Positions 35,655 to 45,845 of a stretch of DNA of 64,000 bases are shown one piece after another. Within the stretch, counting starts at the first letter, position 1, and every line of letters begins with the position of its first letter. Below the pieces are notes generated by a model. The model was not told the origin of the DNA. It made no database searches and saw only the letters and a list, made by a program, of their open reading frames with translations. Source of the stretch: a virus (lineage: Duplodnaviria; Heunggongvirae; Uroviricota; Caudoviricetes). The stretch lies in IMG/VR virus record IMGVR_UViG_3300044796_000394; one strand, 5' to 3'. The translations under genes and the position numbers were made by a program.

Positions 35655-36452
35655 TTAAGTTTTTCTGACAGACTCACTCAATCGCCTTTCTATTAATTTA
35701 CAATACTCATTACTGATTTCCGATCCAAAATAAACCCTATTCAATGATAGTGCGACCTTGGCAGTTGTTCCGCTTCCCATGAATGGATCGTACACCCAAT
35801 CCTCTTCATTACTCCAACTAATCATATGGTCACGACAAAGGGACTCTGGGAAAATCGCTGGATGTTCGTGGGCAATCATTTCCTCTGCCACGCTACCACC
35901 CGACACCACGTAACTCCAAACATTCTGTAATTTGACTTGATCGTTAACCTTGACTTCTTTTTCCGTGAACACCCCGGCCTTGTTTCTGGTAATTGGCCGA
36001 GTTCTAACAGTTCTCTTATCATTCCATTTATTACGGCGTGGCTCAACGATTGGATTGAAGGTTTTCGGCGATCCTTTGGATATTATGAAGTTGTACTCAA
36101 AGGCTTGGTAATAGCGATTAGTTCCACCCACGGGAGGCGGGTTGTCCTTCATGTAAATCATCGTATCATGGATGTTGAACCCAATCTCTTTGAAGTAAAG
36201 GGCTTGCTTGAAACTCGTTAACGTTTCACTGCCGTCAACAGTAGCGTCATTGACAATCCATACGATTACACCACCACTTTTGACGGTGCGATAAAGTTCC
36301 TTGGCGATATTCTCAAAGTCAAACGAATACCCCTTATAATCTCTTAGATTATCGTAAGGTGGACTCGTAATCACTAAGTCAATAAAATCGTCTGGCGTAT
36401 TCTTGAGGGTAGCTAAGCAATTTTCATTATAGATACTGTTCGGCTGAATCAT
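35655..36452 (-). CDS. Orphan DNA methyltransferase (N4-C/N6-A, beta class)
   Basis: TSPPY, HPA.FPE, DPFMGSGTT, GSEIS.EY. Confidence 0.93.
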   Translation of the reverse strand: MIQPNSIYNENCLATLKNTPDDFIDLVITSPPYDNLRDYKGYSFDFENIAKELYRTVKSGGVIVWIVNDATVDGSETLTSFKQALYFKEIGFNIHDTMIYMKDNPPPVGGTNRYYQAFEYNFIISKGSPKTFNPIVEPRRNKWNDKRTVRTRPITRNKAGVFTEKEVKVNDQVKLQNVWSYVVSGGSVAEEMIAHEHPAIFPESLCRDHMISWSNEEDWVYDPFMGSGTTAKVALSLNRVYFGSEISNEYCKLIERRLSESVRKT

Positions 36453-36712
36453 AGAATCTCAAAGCAATTTTCCGGTACAAAAAAGATGTAATCCGGGTAA
36501 TCTTCATCCCCTTGATTGAGTAGGATGTTAACAAATCTCATCGACTTGGCTTTTTTCCCACTTTTGACGTTTCTTTCGTCGCTGAACCGGACTTCTTTAA
36601 CATCAAAGATTTCGCCTTCATCAAATTCCCACTCTTGCTCATCATTATACAGAATGCCGTAACATTCCAGACGTACGAGTAAACTGATCGTTTTCGTGAA
36701 TTTGATTTGCAT
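36449..36712 (-). CDS. Hypothetical protein
   Basis: Coupled ORF in a minus-strand run. Confidence 0.55.
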   Translation of the reverse strand: MQIKFTKTISLLVRLECYGILYNDEQEWEFDEGEIFDVKEVRFSDERNVKSGKKAKSMRFVNILLNQGDEDYPDYIFFVPENCFEIL

Positions 36713-36719
36713 GAATTAT

Positions 36720-37151
36720 TTATTCAATGATGTGTTTTTGTTGAGGAAATTTCCCGCCGGTACGACCTGCTCCGATTTCCGAGGCATCGTGGATGTGAAG
36801 CGTATAAATACCGTGTGCGAGACGTTTCGGATCTGGTTCAGCAGAAAACCACATCTTTTTATCGGGGGCACAATCCATAAGAACGATAACAGTATCACCA
36901 TAATCTTTAGGAATAGTTCGCTGGATTAACTGTTTGCTTGCTTCGTCTTCTATGAAAATTGTATAACCGCTTCCACTCGACATAAGACGCCCAATATTTT
37001 CCACCTTTTCAGGCTGAAAGGGTGGATAGTTCATTGTGCAGTTCGTACAACATAACCCAAATAAAGCAAACAATAATATTGCCACCGAAATCAAAATTGG
37101 TGTTTGAAAAATCAAATAGAAGCGTTTCAAAATTCTCATCACTTCTCCCAA
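36720..37151 (-). CDS. Hypothetical membrane-anchored protein
   Basis: N-terminal hydrophobic segment. Confidence 0.6.
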   Translation of the reverse strand: MGEVMRILKRFYLIFQTPILISVAILLFALFGLCCTNCTMNYPPFQPEKVENIGRLMSSGSGYTIFIEDEASKQLIQRTIPKDYGDTVIVLMDCAPDKKMWFSAEPDPKRLAHGIYTLHIHDASEIGAGRTGGKFPQQKHIIE

Positions 37152-37825
37152 TTATACCGCCAAATTGGAACATTCGGCGGATAGTTGCCGTTATAAAAAT
37201 CTTCTTCACCCAAGTAATCAAAGATGGCAATTAACGCTTCTTTACGTGCGATGAAAGTATACTTTCTGCTATAAGGCATACCCGGATTGGAATCGCCTAT
37301 AGCTATCCGCATATTTCGCCAAAAATTCCAAAGCTCTTCTGACTCACCTTTAATTGTTTTGAATGTCTCTATTCTATCATTTTCTAATCCCGAATCAATT
37401 CTGGATTGGATATAAATGTTGAAATGATATGCGAATTGCTCTCTATCTATCGCCGTAAAAGCATTGACATAAAAGTTAAAGTGATTTGGATTAGGATATT
37501 TCCAATAAATGGCATTACGTCGCCTCATATCGGCAAAGTCGTAAACCGTATAAGAGTAATCATCATCATCTGTCAATTCATGTTTTTTGAATACTTCCTT
37601 AAGAGCTATCTTCAATCTCTTAACTTCGAAAGATTGTTCGTTGAGATACTTCTGTGGTTGTCCACCAGCAACCATATTTTCATAGGTTGTAGTCCACGGA
37701 GCAGGCAATTCGTAAATTGTGTTGTATGGACAATCTTGTTGTAAAAAAGATTCCGCCAAAGCGTAATCTTGTGGTGTTGGTTGCAAAAGGAATATAAACA
37801 AAAACGTATTTAAAAATGAAAACAT
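37139..37825 (-). CDS. Hypothetical protein with a signal-like N-terminus
   Basis: 228-aa ORF. Confidence 0.65.
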   Translation of the reverse strand: MFSFLNTFLFIFLLQPTPQDYALAESFLQQDCPYNTIYELPAPWTTTYENMVAGGQPQKYLNEQSFEVKRLKIALKEVFKKHELTDDDDYSYTVYDFADMRRRNAIYWKYPNPNHFNFYVNAFTAIDREQFAYHFNIYIQSRIDSGLENDRIETFKTIKGESEELWNFWRNMRIAIGDSNPGMPYSRKYTFIARKEALIAIFDYLGEEDFYNGNYPPNVPIWRYNWEK

Positions 37826-37828
37826 AGA

Positions 37829-38245
37829 TTATTTAGCTGAGTCGATCTTTTTCCGCATTGCATTCACAGTAGGTACAAGACTGACGAACCCTTTATTGTT
37901 TTGGTGTCTTTCAAGGAATAACTTAGTTTTAGCGGCATCAATGCCAAAATCATTAACTATATCTGCGTATTCGCCCAACAAACTAGCAACTTCATCGGAA
38001 GATGCTGCTTCAAATCCTATCACTTGAAGAATCTTATAGTTCTTAATTGTACAGGTATTGCCGTGAAAACACGACAACATACAACTAACAATCTCTTCTT
38101 CATTCAGAAGTTCGAGATAATAAATCTTGGTTTTATCTGTCAACTGCTTTGCTACAACGCCCAAGTCCGTTGATAGACAATGAAGTTTGTAATTGAGCAG
38201 ATCAGATGGATCTTGTTTTCCATCAACCAATACATAAACTTTCAT
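37829..38245 (-). CDS. Hypothetical protein
   Basis: 138-aa ORF in an operon. Confidence 0.6.
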   Translation of the reverse strand: MKVYVLVDGKQDPSDLLNYKLHCLSTDLGVVAKQLTDKTKIYYLELLNEEEIVSCMLSCFHGNTCTIKNYKILQVIGFEAASSDEVASLLGEYADIVNDFGIDAAKTKLFLERHQNNKGFVSLVPTVNAMRKKIDSAK

Positions 38246-38247
38246 AA

Positions 38248-38667
38248 TTAACTTTCACTTTCTATGATTTCATCATAAGTTGGATATTTGTGTTCTAACC
38301 ACTTCATGTTACAATAATCGTAAATTTTTGCATCTTTCGGGATTGTATAAGAACAATGAAGATCCTTAATGGGAACGCCACGATAAGAAAAGATTGCCGG
38401 TTCATAAAATGGTCGCATTGCTTCAATGAAATCTTTTCGACATTGATGTTGCATTTCATATCGGAGGATGTCTTCTATTTCACCCGGCGTAATTGGATTA
38501 CCCCTTTGACTTCTAAAAACCCCCAAAATAAATTCTGGGCTTTCTACATCGGGGTTAAATAGTACATCATTAGACGTAAGTTGTCGCTTCATGTTAACAT
38601 CCACCATCATCCAATTCCCATGTTTCCAAAATGACACAATCTTTGTTGATGCGACATCCCCAATCAC
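38248..38667 (-). CDS. Hypothetical protein (start uncertain)
   Basis: ORF in an operon. Confidence 0.5.
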   Translation of the reverse strand: MIGDVASTKIVSFWKHGNWMMVDVNMKRQLTSNDVLFNPDVESPEFILGVFRSQRGNPITPGEIEDILRYEMQHQCRKDFIEAMRPFYEPAIFSYRGVPIKDLHCSYTIPKDAKIYDYCNMKWLEHKYPTYDEIIESES

Positions 38668-38974
38668 CCTTGTAATCTTTCCAGTTAATTACTTGTCCCA
38701 TTTTATCCAAACTGTCGATCAAAGCATCTAACGCTATCTGTTGATGCGGCGTACAATCTCGACTGAAAAATTTGGTGTAATGCGACAATGGGCCAAATGA
38801 CGGATTGATTTCAAAACAAAAAGAACGAAATACACTGTCTGGCAAAGAAAAAATCTTGTGACGTTCATCATATTTAAAATGCGTAAAAATGAACCCTTCC
38901 ATTGGTGCATTGCTGTACTTAGACTTAGTCTTAGGGATCATTGGAAGAACAGAGCCAACGGGCATCATTTTCAT
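38594..38974 (-). CDS. Hypothetical protein
   Basis: TAATG-coupled to the upstream ORF. Confidence 0.5.
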   Translation of the reverse strand: MKMMPVGSVLPMIPKTKSKYSNAPMEGFIFTHFKYDERHKIFSLPDSVFRSFCFEINPSFGPLSHYTKFFSRDCTPHQQIALDALIDSLDKMGQVINWKDYKGDWGCRINKDCVILETWELDDGGC

Positions 38975-39288
38975 TAGACAGCTCCGAACGCACAATTTTT
39001 AACTATTGCTTCTTTTATTGCGTCACTTGTAGAATGTATCCGATAAGTTCGGAATGTTCCACTAAGATTTTTTTGCCGACTTTTGCCCTCACCGACCAAA
39101 ACACGACCCCAAATGAAACAATGGTTGTCTATTCCATTGATCACTTTATCTTCTTGATTGAGCCAAGCGATTACACTTCTGCCGCTGTCCCCTACTTTAT
39201 CAACCACGCCGTAAGGAATATCGACAAAAATTTCATCGAGATTGCTGATCTTGCCAGCATCATCAAATTTGATTATAGGAAGACTCAT
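38974..39288 (-). CDS. Hypothetical protein
   Basis: 104-aa ORF right after the PLP enzyme gene. Confidence 0.55.
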   Translation of the reverse strand: MSLPIIKFDDAGKISNLDEIFVDIPYGVVDKVGDSGRSVIAWLNQEDKVINGIDNHCFIWGRVLVGEGKSRQKNLSGTFRTYRIHSTSDAIKEAIVKNCAFGAV

Positions 39289-39289
39289 G

Positions 39290-40519
39290 TTACACCTTTT
39301 CTAATGCTTGTTCAATGTCCCAAATAATGTCATCGTGATTTTCCAATCCGACTGAGAATCGGATCATCTTATCCGTAATCCCCATCTTAACTTGCTCTTC
39401 TTGCGGAATAGCCGAGTGAGTCATGGAGTATGGGTGTTCGGCAAGCGATTCCGTACTGCCAAGGCTTACGGCCAACTTCGCCAACTTCAAACTGTTAAGG
39501 AACCTGAAACATTCCGCCTCGCCACCTTTGATGTCAAAGGAAATCATTGCCCCACCGGAAGTGTACTGGTTCTTCCAAATTTCAAATTGTTGTCCCGTTG
39601 AATATCCGAGAAAATACACTTTTTCAACTTTAGCGTGTCCTAACAGGAAACCGGCAACGTGTTCAGCATTCTTGGCTTGTGCTTCCATTCTGATCTTTAA
39701 CGTTTCCAAGCTTCGCATCATCATCCAAGCCGTCCAAGGATTTGCCATACTTCCCAAGTGGGATCGCAACTTGCGTACAGGTGCCATCATCGCCTTGCTG
39801 CTGCATACGGAACCGGCAACTAGGTCTGAGTGCCCGCCGATGTACTTGGTAGCAGAATAAAGCGAGTAATCAGCGCCATGCTTGAGCGGCTGTGACCACA
39901 ATGGCCCCATGTACGTATTGTCTACGGCGACAAGTGCCCCGTATTTGTCTGCGATCCGCTTGGCCATCCGAATGTCGTACAGAGTGTTTGTGGGGTTCGC
40001 TGGCGTCTCTACGAAAACCATCTTTGGATAAACAGCTCCCTTGTAGTTTTCCAGCATACTAATAATTTCTTTTTCCGTCTGATCGGGCCAATAGCCGATA
40101 GACTGAATGCCCAAATTCTTCAAGTAATGTTTAATGAAGAAGTGAGTTGCGCCGTACAGGGGATTGCTGTAAAGAACAAGATCGCCCGGTTTGAGGTTGG
40201 CGAGCATAACTGTGGAAATTGCTGCCATACCGCTTTCAAAGGATGCGCAGGCTTCGGCACCGTCCCAAATGGCCAATCTTCCTTCAAGGATTTCCAAGTC
40301 GGGATTGTTCATCCGACTGTAAATCAACCCGGTGGATGATGTGGGGGCTTTGCGACCGCACTGAATGTCAAAGAACTCTTTGCCTTTTTCGGCTGAGTCA
40401 AACACGAAAGTGGAAGTTAAGAAGACTGGAGGCTTGACGGCACCCTCTGACCACGCAGGGTTATAGCCGTGGCTCATCATCAAACTTTCAGGGTGAAATG
40501 CATGTGTCATTGAAGTCAC
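39290..40519 (-). CDS. Cys/Met metabolism PLP-dependent enzyme (cystathionine gamma-synthase / methionine gamma-lyase family)
   Basis: PPVFLTSTF, YSR..NP, SGMAAI, ETPANPT, VDNT, SATKYIGGHSD, AVSLG..ESL..HP..MTH, R.SVGLE. Confidence 0.95.
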   Translation of the reverse strand: MTSMTHAFHPESLMMSHGYNPAWSEGAVKPPVFLTSTFVFDSAEKGKEFFDIQCGRKAPTSSTGLIYSRMNNPDLEILEGRLAIWDGAEACASFESGMAAISTVMLANLKPGDLVLYSNPLYGATHFFIKHYLKNLGIQSIGYWPDQTEKEIISMLENYKGAVYPKMVFVETPANPTNTLYDIRMAKRIADKYGALVAVDNTYMGPLWSQPLKHGADYSLYSATKYIGGHSDLVAGSVCSSKAMMAPVRKLRSHLGSMANPWTAWMMMRSLETLKIRMEAQAKNAEHVAGFLLGHAKVEKVYFLGYSTGQQFEIWKNQYTSGGAMISFDIKGGEAECFRFLNSLKLAKLAVSLGSTESLAEHPYSMTHSAIPQEEQVKMGITDKMIRFSVGLENHDDIIWDIEQALEKV

Positions 40520-40992
40520 TTTAATTGAGAATTTAGAAAATTATTAAAATCTGTTTGCGTATAATTAGCAATCCAAGTATAAAAAATACCGCCCAAGATA
40601 ATACAGCCCAAAAAACCAAATATGAAACATTTTATGAAACGTTTAATCCAATGAGGTTTTGGATTTGGATTATTTGTATGGTCTAAATACTTTTTTAAAA
40701 ACCCCGACTTCATACCGTATTGCTCTATAACCAATGAACCTTTTCCACTCAAAGACCAATTGACAAAAGATGCCAATTGGTTCTTACGATACAATTCTTC
40801 AAATGTTAATATTGCTGGTGTTGGCGGCGGGCCATTATAATGAATTAAGTTATATTGTTCAAGGAGTGATTTCGCTTGTTCAATTACTTGATATTCATAT
40901 TTTCCTTGCTCTAAAGCATTTGATGGGTGCCCATAAACAGGCTCTTTTGCAAGAGAAATCAATATTTCTTCGGCGCAACCTAGTAAACTCAT
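40516..40992 (-). CDS. Hypothetical membrane protein
   Basis: C-terminal transmembrane segment; ATGA coupling. Confidence 0.6.
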   Translation of the reverse strand: MSLLGCAEEILISLAKEPVYGHPSNALEQGKYEYQVIEQAKSLLEQYNLIHYNGPPPTPAILTFEELYRKNQLASFVNWSLSGKGSLVIEQYGMKSGFLKKYLDHTNNPNPKPHWIKRFIKCFIFGFLGCIILGGIFYTWIANYTQTDFNNFLNSQLK

Positions 40993-42155
40993 TCCATTAC
41001 CTTTTGTTTATAGCTTAAAGTTATCAAGAGTAATCCGCCGAAACCCACTGACATAAACAAACCAACCATTTGCCAGTGAGTCAAAAAGTGTCCTATTGTT
41101 ACAGACAATGAACCAAACATAATTCCCAATCTACAGAAAACATTGCCGATTGCCATGTAGGAACTTCTGGCATCAGAGGGAATCATGTCAGCCATCAACG
41201 CTTGTTCTGACGGTACCATTACCAATTCGCCCATTGTAGCAATCGCCATTAACAAAATCAATATCCACAAGCAATGGCTGAATCCTGCCATCAAAGACAT
41301 TGCTACAATCAGTACACTTCCGCCAATATAGAGAACCTTGCGGTGATTGGTATTTTTGATCAAGTAGGAAGAAACGATCCCTAACAAAACGACCAACAAA
41401 GTATTTTCTGAAATCAATAAAGTGTAATTGAATAAACTACCTTCGGCGGCACACTTAACTGCCAAGTAGTTTCTGACTTGAAATTCAACAGAGCCGAGGA
41501 AAGCGGCCCCCAAACTGAAAAAGACGAACCGGCGGTCTTTCAAGATAGCCAAATAGTTCTTAACCATATTGTGCTTGGGTTCCGTACCAGCATAGAGTTC
41601 TTTGATGAAGAACTTCAACAGGCACCACGACAAGACAGCCCCTATAGCCATCATCATCATCAAAAGAAATTTGTATTCCAGAAACAGCAATCCGCCTACG
41701 AGACTGCCGCATAGGAACGCCAAATTGTGAAGCCAGTACTGTAGTCCGTAAACGAACTTGCGATCCTTTTCATCCGTAGCATCCAACGTCATTGCTTGTG
41801 AAGCAGGTGCCGAGAAGCCGAATAGGATCGCATTGAGAGAACTGCAAAGTAGCGTAACAACCGGCCACTCGACCAAGTAGTTCGCATAAGCCATACAGCT
41901 GAAAGAAAAGATTTGAATGGTCGTTGTAAACATTAACAGTTTGCGACGACCGAGTTTATCAGAGAGATGTCCGCCGTAGAAACCAGCGATTGAACCCATA
42001 GCGACGTTAACTGTAGTCAATATCCCCGACCACACTTCGCCGAAATGTTGGGCGTAGTAAATGATCATGAACGGAAAAACCATACAACCGAGCAAACAGT
42101 TAACAAACGACTCGAACAACCGTAATTTGATATTACGGTGCAGGGAACGGAACAT
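40989..42155 (-). CDS. MFS transporter
   Basis: About 12 hydrophobic segments; motif A GG.LSDKLGRR. Confidence 0.9.
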   Translation of the reverse strand: MFRSLHRNIKLRLFESFVNCLLGCMVFPFMIIYYAQHFGEVWSGILTTVNVAMGSIAGFYGGHLSDKLGRRKLLMFTTTIQIFSFSCMAYANYLVEWPVVTLLCSSLNAILFGFSAPASQAMTLDATDEKDRKFVYGLQYWLHNLAFLCGSLVGGLLFLEYKFLLMMMMAIGAVLSWCLLKFFIKELYAGTEPKHNMVKNYLAILKDRRFVFFSLGAAFLGSVEFQVRNYLAVKCAAEGSLFNYTLLISENTLLVVLLGIVSSYLIKNTNHRKVLYIGGSVLIVAMSLMAGFSHCLWILILLMAIATMGELVMVPSEQALMADMIPSDARSSYMAIGNVFCRLGIMFGSLSVTIGHFLTHWQMVGLFMSVGFGGLLLITLSYKQKVME

Positions 42156-42199
42156 CTCAAGCCTCTAGTTATATATGATTTACTAAAATAACATATAAC

Positions 42200-42556
42200 T
42201 TACTTGACATCAAGATAGAAAACTTCACGGGCAGTTTGTTCAAAAATCTTTTGTGCTTCTTGAAAACCTAATCGACTGTTAAATCCACCAGTGAATAATG
42301 GTCCAGCAGGTCTTTCATCAGAAGAACTTCGAAGAGAGTGTTGCTTGGCTTCAATCGTAAAAAAGTTAACAGGTAGTGGATCGTCTGTCAGATAATAACT
42401 TATCTGATACGTTTCCGAAAACAGGCTTCGTGCTGTTCTAACTGAATCCAACAAAACGTACTTAGTAGTTCCGTTGAAATCAATCACGGGTGCAGAAGAC
42501 AGATATGCGGCCACTTGATTGCGAAAATTTTTCATTCTAATGTTTTTTGATGACAA
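42200..42556 (-). CDS. Hypothetical protein
   Basis: ORF in an operon. Confidence 0.55.
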   Translation of the reverse strand: MSSKNIRMKNFRNQVAAYLSSAPVIDFNGTTKYVLLDSVRTARSLFSETYQISYYLTDDPLPVNFFTIEAKQHSLRSSSDERPAGPLFTGGFNSRLGFQEAQKIFEQTAREVFYLDVK

Positions 42557-42744
42557 AGCTTTTCAAGATTGTATTCTTTTATTCGTTTGGCCTCATCGAC
42601 AACTTTCCTAATCTCTTCAATTAAAAACATTGTTTCTTGAATATGATGCTTCTCTAATTCGTGGTATCGCTCTTCCCACGATTTATCTGGGTTCATCTTG
42701 TACGGAACAACCTTAATCCATTTATAACCTGAATAGTCTGACAT
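42532..42744 (-). CDS. Hypothetical protein
   Basis: 70-aa ORF. Confidence 0.55.
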   Translation of the reverse strand: MSDYSGYKWIKVVPYKMNPDKSWEERYHELEKHHIQETMFLIEEIRKVVDEAKRIKEYNLEKLCHQKTLE

Positions 42745-42751
42745 ATTAATC

Positions 42752-43135
42752 TCAAAGTGGTGGAATATAAAATGGGTTGCCGCTCAACAATCCCTTTGCT
42801 ACCGATTTAGTCTTTGATTCTTTGTACGACAACAACCAGTTTTCTTCATCAAGCTTCTTCATGGAAGTATTGAAAAATTCCCATGCCTCAATCGTATTGT
42901 CATAATGATCAACATTACGCAAAACGCCCGATGAAACATCAATTTCATTTAGAGTGTTAGAAAAACTTAAGGTAATCTTATCGGAAATAGGCACTTCAAT
43001 TGGGCCATAATCCGTAGCAACTAACATGTATGGAAAAACCGGCCTATGACTGATCTTGACATACATTTCAGGAAGACTAATACTTCCATGCTGATTACGG
43101 CCTTCAAACTTCCAGCGAAATTTTTTCTTTATCAT
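42752..43135 (-). CDS. Hypothetical protein
   Basis: 127-aa coupled ORF. Confidence 0.55.
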   Translation of the reverse strand: MIKKKFRWKFEGRNQHGSISLPEMYVKISHRPVFPYMLVATDYGPIEVPISDKITLSFSNTLNEIDVSSGVLRNVDHYDNTIEAWEFFNTSMKKLDEENWLLSYKESKTKSVAKGLLSGNPFYIPPL

Positions 43136-43350
43136 TTTAACTTAACATTAGAGTTGGTTTCAATCCAAACGTGCGCACCACATTTCAACGGCTTGTCTGG
43201 GCTATAAATAATTCTACAAGGACCATCAATAATGACTTCTTTGGCATAATCATTTGATTTATAAGTTTTGACTGTAATCACCGGATCTTTCAATCCGGCT
43301 TTTCTGTTTTTCTTGATAAGATGTTGGTTAACGTGTATGATTTTTTTCAC
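43132..43350 (-). CDS. Conserved small phage protein
   Basis: IHVNQH.I..N.K....PV.TVK...YSPDKPL.CGA.VWIET pattern. Confidence 0.7.
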   Translation of the reverse strand: MKKIIHVNQHLIKKNRKAGLKDPVITVKTYKSNDYAKEVIIDGPCRIIYSPDKPLKCGAHVWIETNSNVKLK

Positions 43351-44758
43351 TTGATTTCACTCATTTGTAACATTGCCTCTTCAACATAAGGTCTTGAGGA
43401 GAATCTGGTTTTGAGGGTTTTTCCACCACGGGCTTCGCTGAGAAATCGTGCGAAAATCAAACCGTGCTTGATAGGGTCAACGTCGGTAATGCCTAAGACG
43501 TAGTTGCAAAGAGAAGCAACACCACTACCACGACCCGGCCCGACCGCTTCGTGTCCGGTACCCCATCCAAGATATGAGGGGCAAACCCGTCTCGCTTCAT
43601 CCGTGAACATCTTTTGAATGAGGAAGTAACTCGCAAATCCCTTGCGGATAATTAACTCCATCTCTTCCATTGCCCGCATCCAGTAAACCCGCTTGTTCAT
43701 CAAGCCACGCCATTTCATCCCCTGTGTGACGGCTTCTTTGAACTTCTCTTTTTCATCAGCAATGAAGGGTAGTTTGCTTTCCCTGTCAATCTCTACCCCT
43801 CTTGCCTTCTCACATATACGAACGCTATTCCTCTTGGCTTCCTCGAACATTTCAAGAGGAATAACATCCGAATACATTTGCTCCCACTTCTCGTTCAATT
43901 CATCTTCCGACTTCATCCATAGATTCGTGTCCTGCAGTTCAAAAATGTCAGCCTTCTCATCCGCCGCCAACTTTTTCTCAATGTCAGCAATCGTCGTCTG
44001 CTTTTGAATCATCAACATGTATCGCTGGTATTTGCTGTCCGCTTTGTCGCAATAGTGGCAATCCTGCGTCAGAACCAGTGGAATGCCGTACTTTTGATGG
44101 GCTTCAATCAACCATTTGTCGTAGGGTTTCTGTTTGACGAAATCCAGCAACATGAGTTCGAGGTAGAAATTCTTCCCGAACATTTCCATGTATAACTTTA
44201 ACTTTTCTTCCGCCTTATGGCCCGCATGGACAACATCGCCATTACTTGCAACCAAACCTCTATCAAATGCTTGTCCAATCTCACCAATATAACAACATGA
44301 GGAAAACGTTACGCCTTCCTTATGCTTTAAGATTTGTTCGTGAGTCACCCGTGGGTATCTATAATATCCGTTTGCCCATCCCCAACTTGATAATTGAACA
44401 AGGTTCTTATATCCAGTTAAGTTGTGGGCGACGGCGAGGAGGTGATAGCTTTTCTTATGCTCTTTGAATTCTTCGGGCGACATCGCCTTACGTTCATCTT
44501 CATCATTTGTGTGCTTATTTTGAACGTACAGTTCAATGCCATAAATGGGCGATAACGAGTGTCCCGACTGACTCATCTCGTCGCAGGCCCGGATTTGACG
44601 GGGTACAGAACCCATCATGCCGTGGTCTGTGATACACAAATAATGTTGGTCTATTTCTTTGGATCGCTTTGCATATTCCTCTACTTTTGCATAGCCATCC
44701 AATAAAGAAAATCCGAATGTCGATGAACATGCTCAAAGCCTGTTTTATTAAATTTCAT
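43347..44758 (-). CDS. dnaE: DNA polymerase III alpha subunit, N-terminal (PHP + partial palm) fragment, with a -1 frameshift at ~44708
   Basis: ATG 44758 gives MKFNKTGFEHVHRHSDF, then SLLDG in the -1 frame; TDHG, G.E.Y, N..GYKNL..LSS, SCC..GE, D.HY, VGPGRGS, LGITDVDP, F.RFL; ends before the PDID motif. Confidence 0.85.
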
Positions 44759-45588
44759 GACGTACCTCCCATTCTTTTTAAGTTCTTAATATAATTTTCA
44801 TAGTCTGCTTTATCGTATTTGGCATTTTTTTTAGCGTTATCGCTTGATGACAATGGTTGAAGATTTGACAAATCATTAATGATTTTCAAATTCCAAACGC
44901 CATGATCAATAAACGCTTTGACGGGAATGATGTGATCAAGATGCCAATCACCATCTTTAACACTTAACCAATTGGGATGACTTTCGATGTGATCTTTGAG
45001 TTGTCGCCAATCATAACCCAACAATTCCAAAGTTCTAGCTGCTTTTTTCTTGCCAGTATACTTCAATGCATGAGTCAATGCTTTATGACAACGATCTTTG
45101 AAACTCATTTCAAGTGCTAATGCTTCTCTGTCTTCCCGCCATTGGTAATTATTTTTACCAGTTATACGAATTCTTTGACACTCTTTACATCGTCTTCCAC
45201 GCTGAAAATTATTCCATCTAATTATGGAATCGGTGCCACAAACACAAGTATATCTCATCAATGTTTGAGAGTCAATATATTCTTTTTCTAATAACTTACA
45301 GCCTTGTGAAACAAAATAGTCATGAACATACTCATGTGTCAAACCTCTTGTTTCTTTTAGTTTTTGAGCTATTTTTTTAAAGCCGCATTTTCTACAACGA
45401 TTACCTCGTTTAAAACTATCTAAAACGATCTTACTGGTATTGCCGCAACTACATCGATAATTTAAAGGCGTGCGAGCATTCTTGTACTCTTCATCTAATA
45501 ATTCGCACCCTTGATCCGCAAAAATTTGTTTGACATGTTCGTAGGAAAACTTTAACTTGTCTGCTGTTTTTTCATATCTTGTCTTCAC
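44755..45588 (-). CDS. HNH endonuclease with repeated zinc-ribbon modules
   Basis: Y.C.CG...F.RG.RC..C x2; LGY....LK.HIE, WHLDHIIP, NLQPL...DN..K. Confidence 0.85.
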   Translation of the reverse strand: MKTRYEKTADKLKFSYEHVKQIFADQGCELLDEEYKNARTPLNYRCSCGNTSKIVLDSFKRGNRCRKCGFKKIAQKLKETRGLTHEYVHDYFVSQGCKLLEKEYIDSQTLMRYTCVCGTDSIIRWNNFQRGRRCKECQRIRITGKNNYQWREDREALALEMSFKDRCHKALTHALKYTGKKKAARTLELLGYDWRQLKDHIESHPNWLSVKDGDWHLDHIIPVKAFIDHGVWNLKIINDLSNLQPLSSSDNAKKNAKYDKADYENYIKNLKRMGGTS

Positions 45589-45845
45589 TCTATTATAACC
45601 ACTCCTTTGAAAACCTGAAAGGCTTGTGTGGAAGTAATCCTTTTTTCCAACTTAATAAAGAACGTGGTGTCGTCTGGCAAATTTTCATCTAAGATGAACT
45701 GCTTGATGACACTATACACTTTCTTCTTCAATAAATCATCATACGTTTGATCGACCATGAATCTAAAGCTTTTGTGCAAAGACGCATTCAGAGATTTGAT
45801 TCGTTTGGATCTGACCCACGTATTTTTCACTTTCATATTATTCAT
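45585..45845 (-). CDS. Hypothetical protein
   Basis: Coupled ORF. Confidence 0.5.
   Translation of the reverse strand: MNNMKVKNTWVRSKRIKSLNASLHKSFRFMVDQTYDDLLKKKVYSVIKQFILDENLPDDTTFFIKLEKRITSTQAFQVFKGVVIIE

Noticed and set aside
43347-45588. Intein or group I intron interrupting dnaE
   Set aside because: No Cys/Ser-initiated intein block follows the truncation. The HNH gene lies wholly upstream of the dnaE start rather than inside it.
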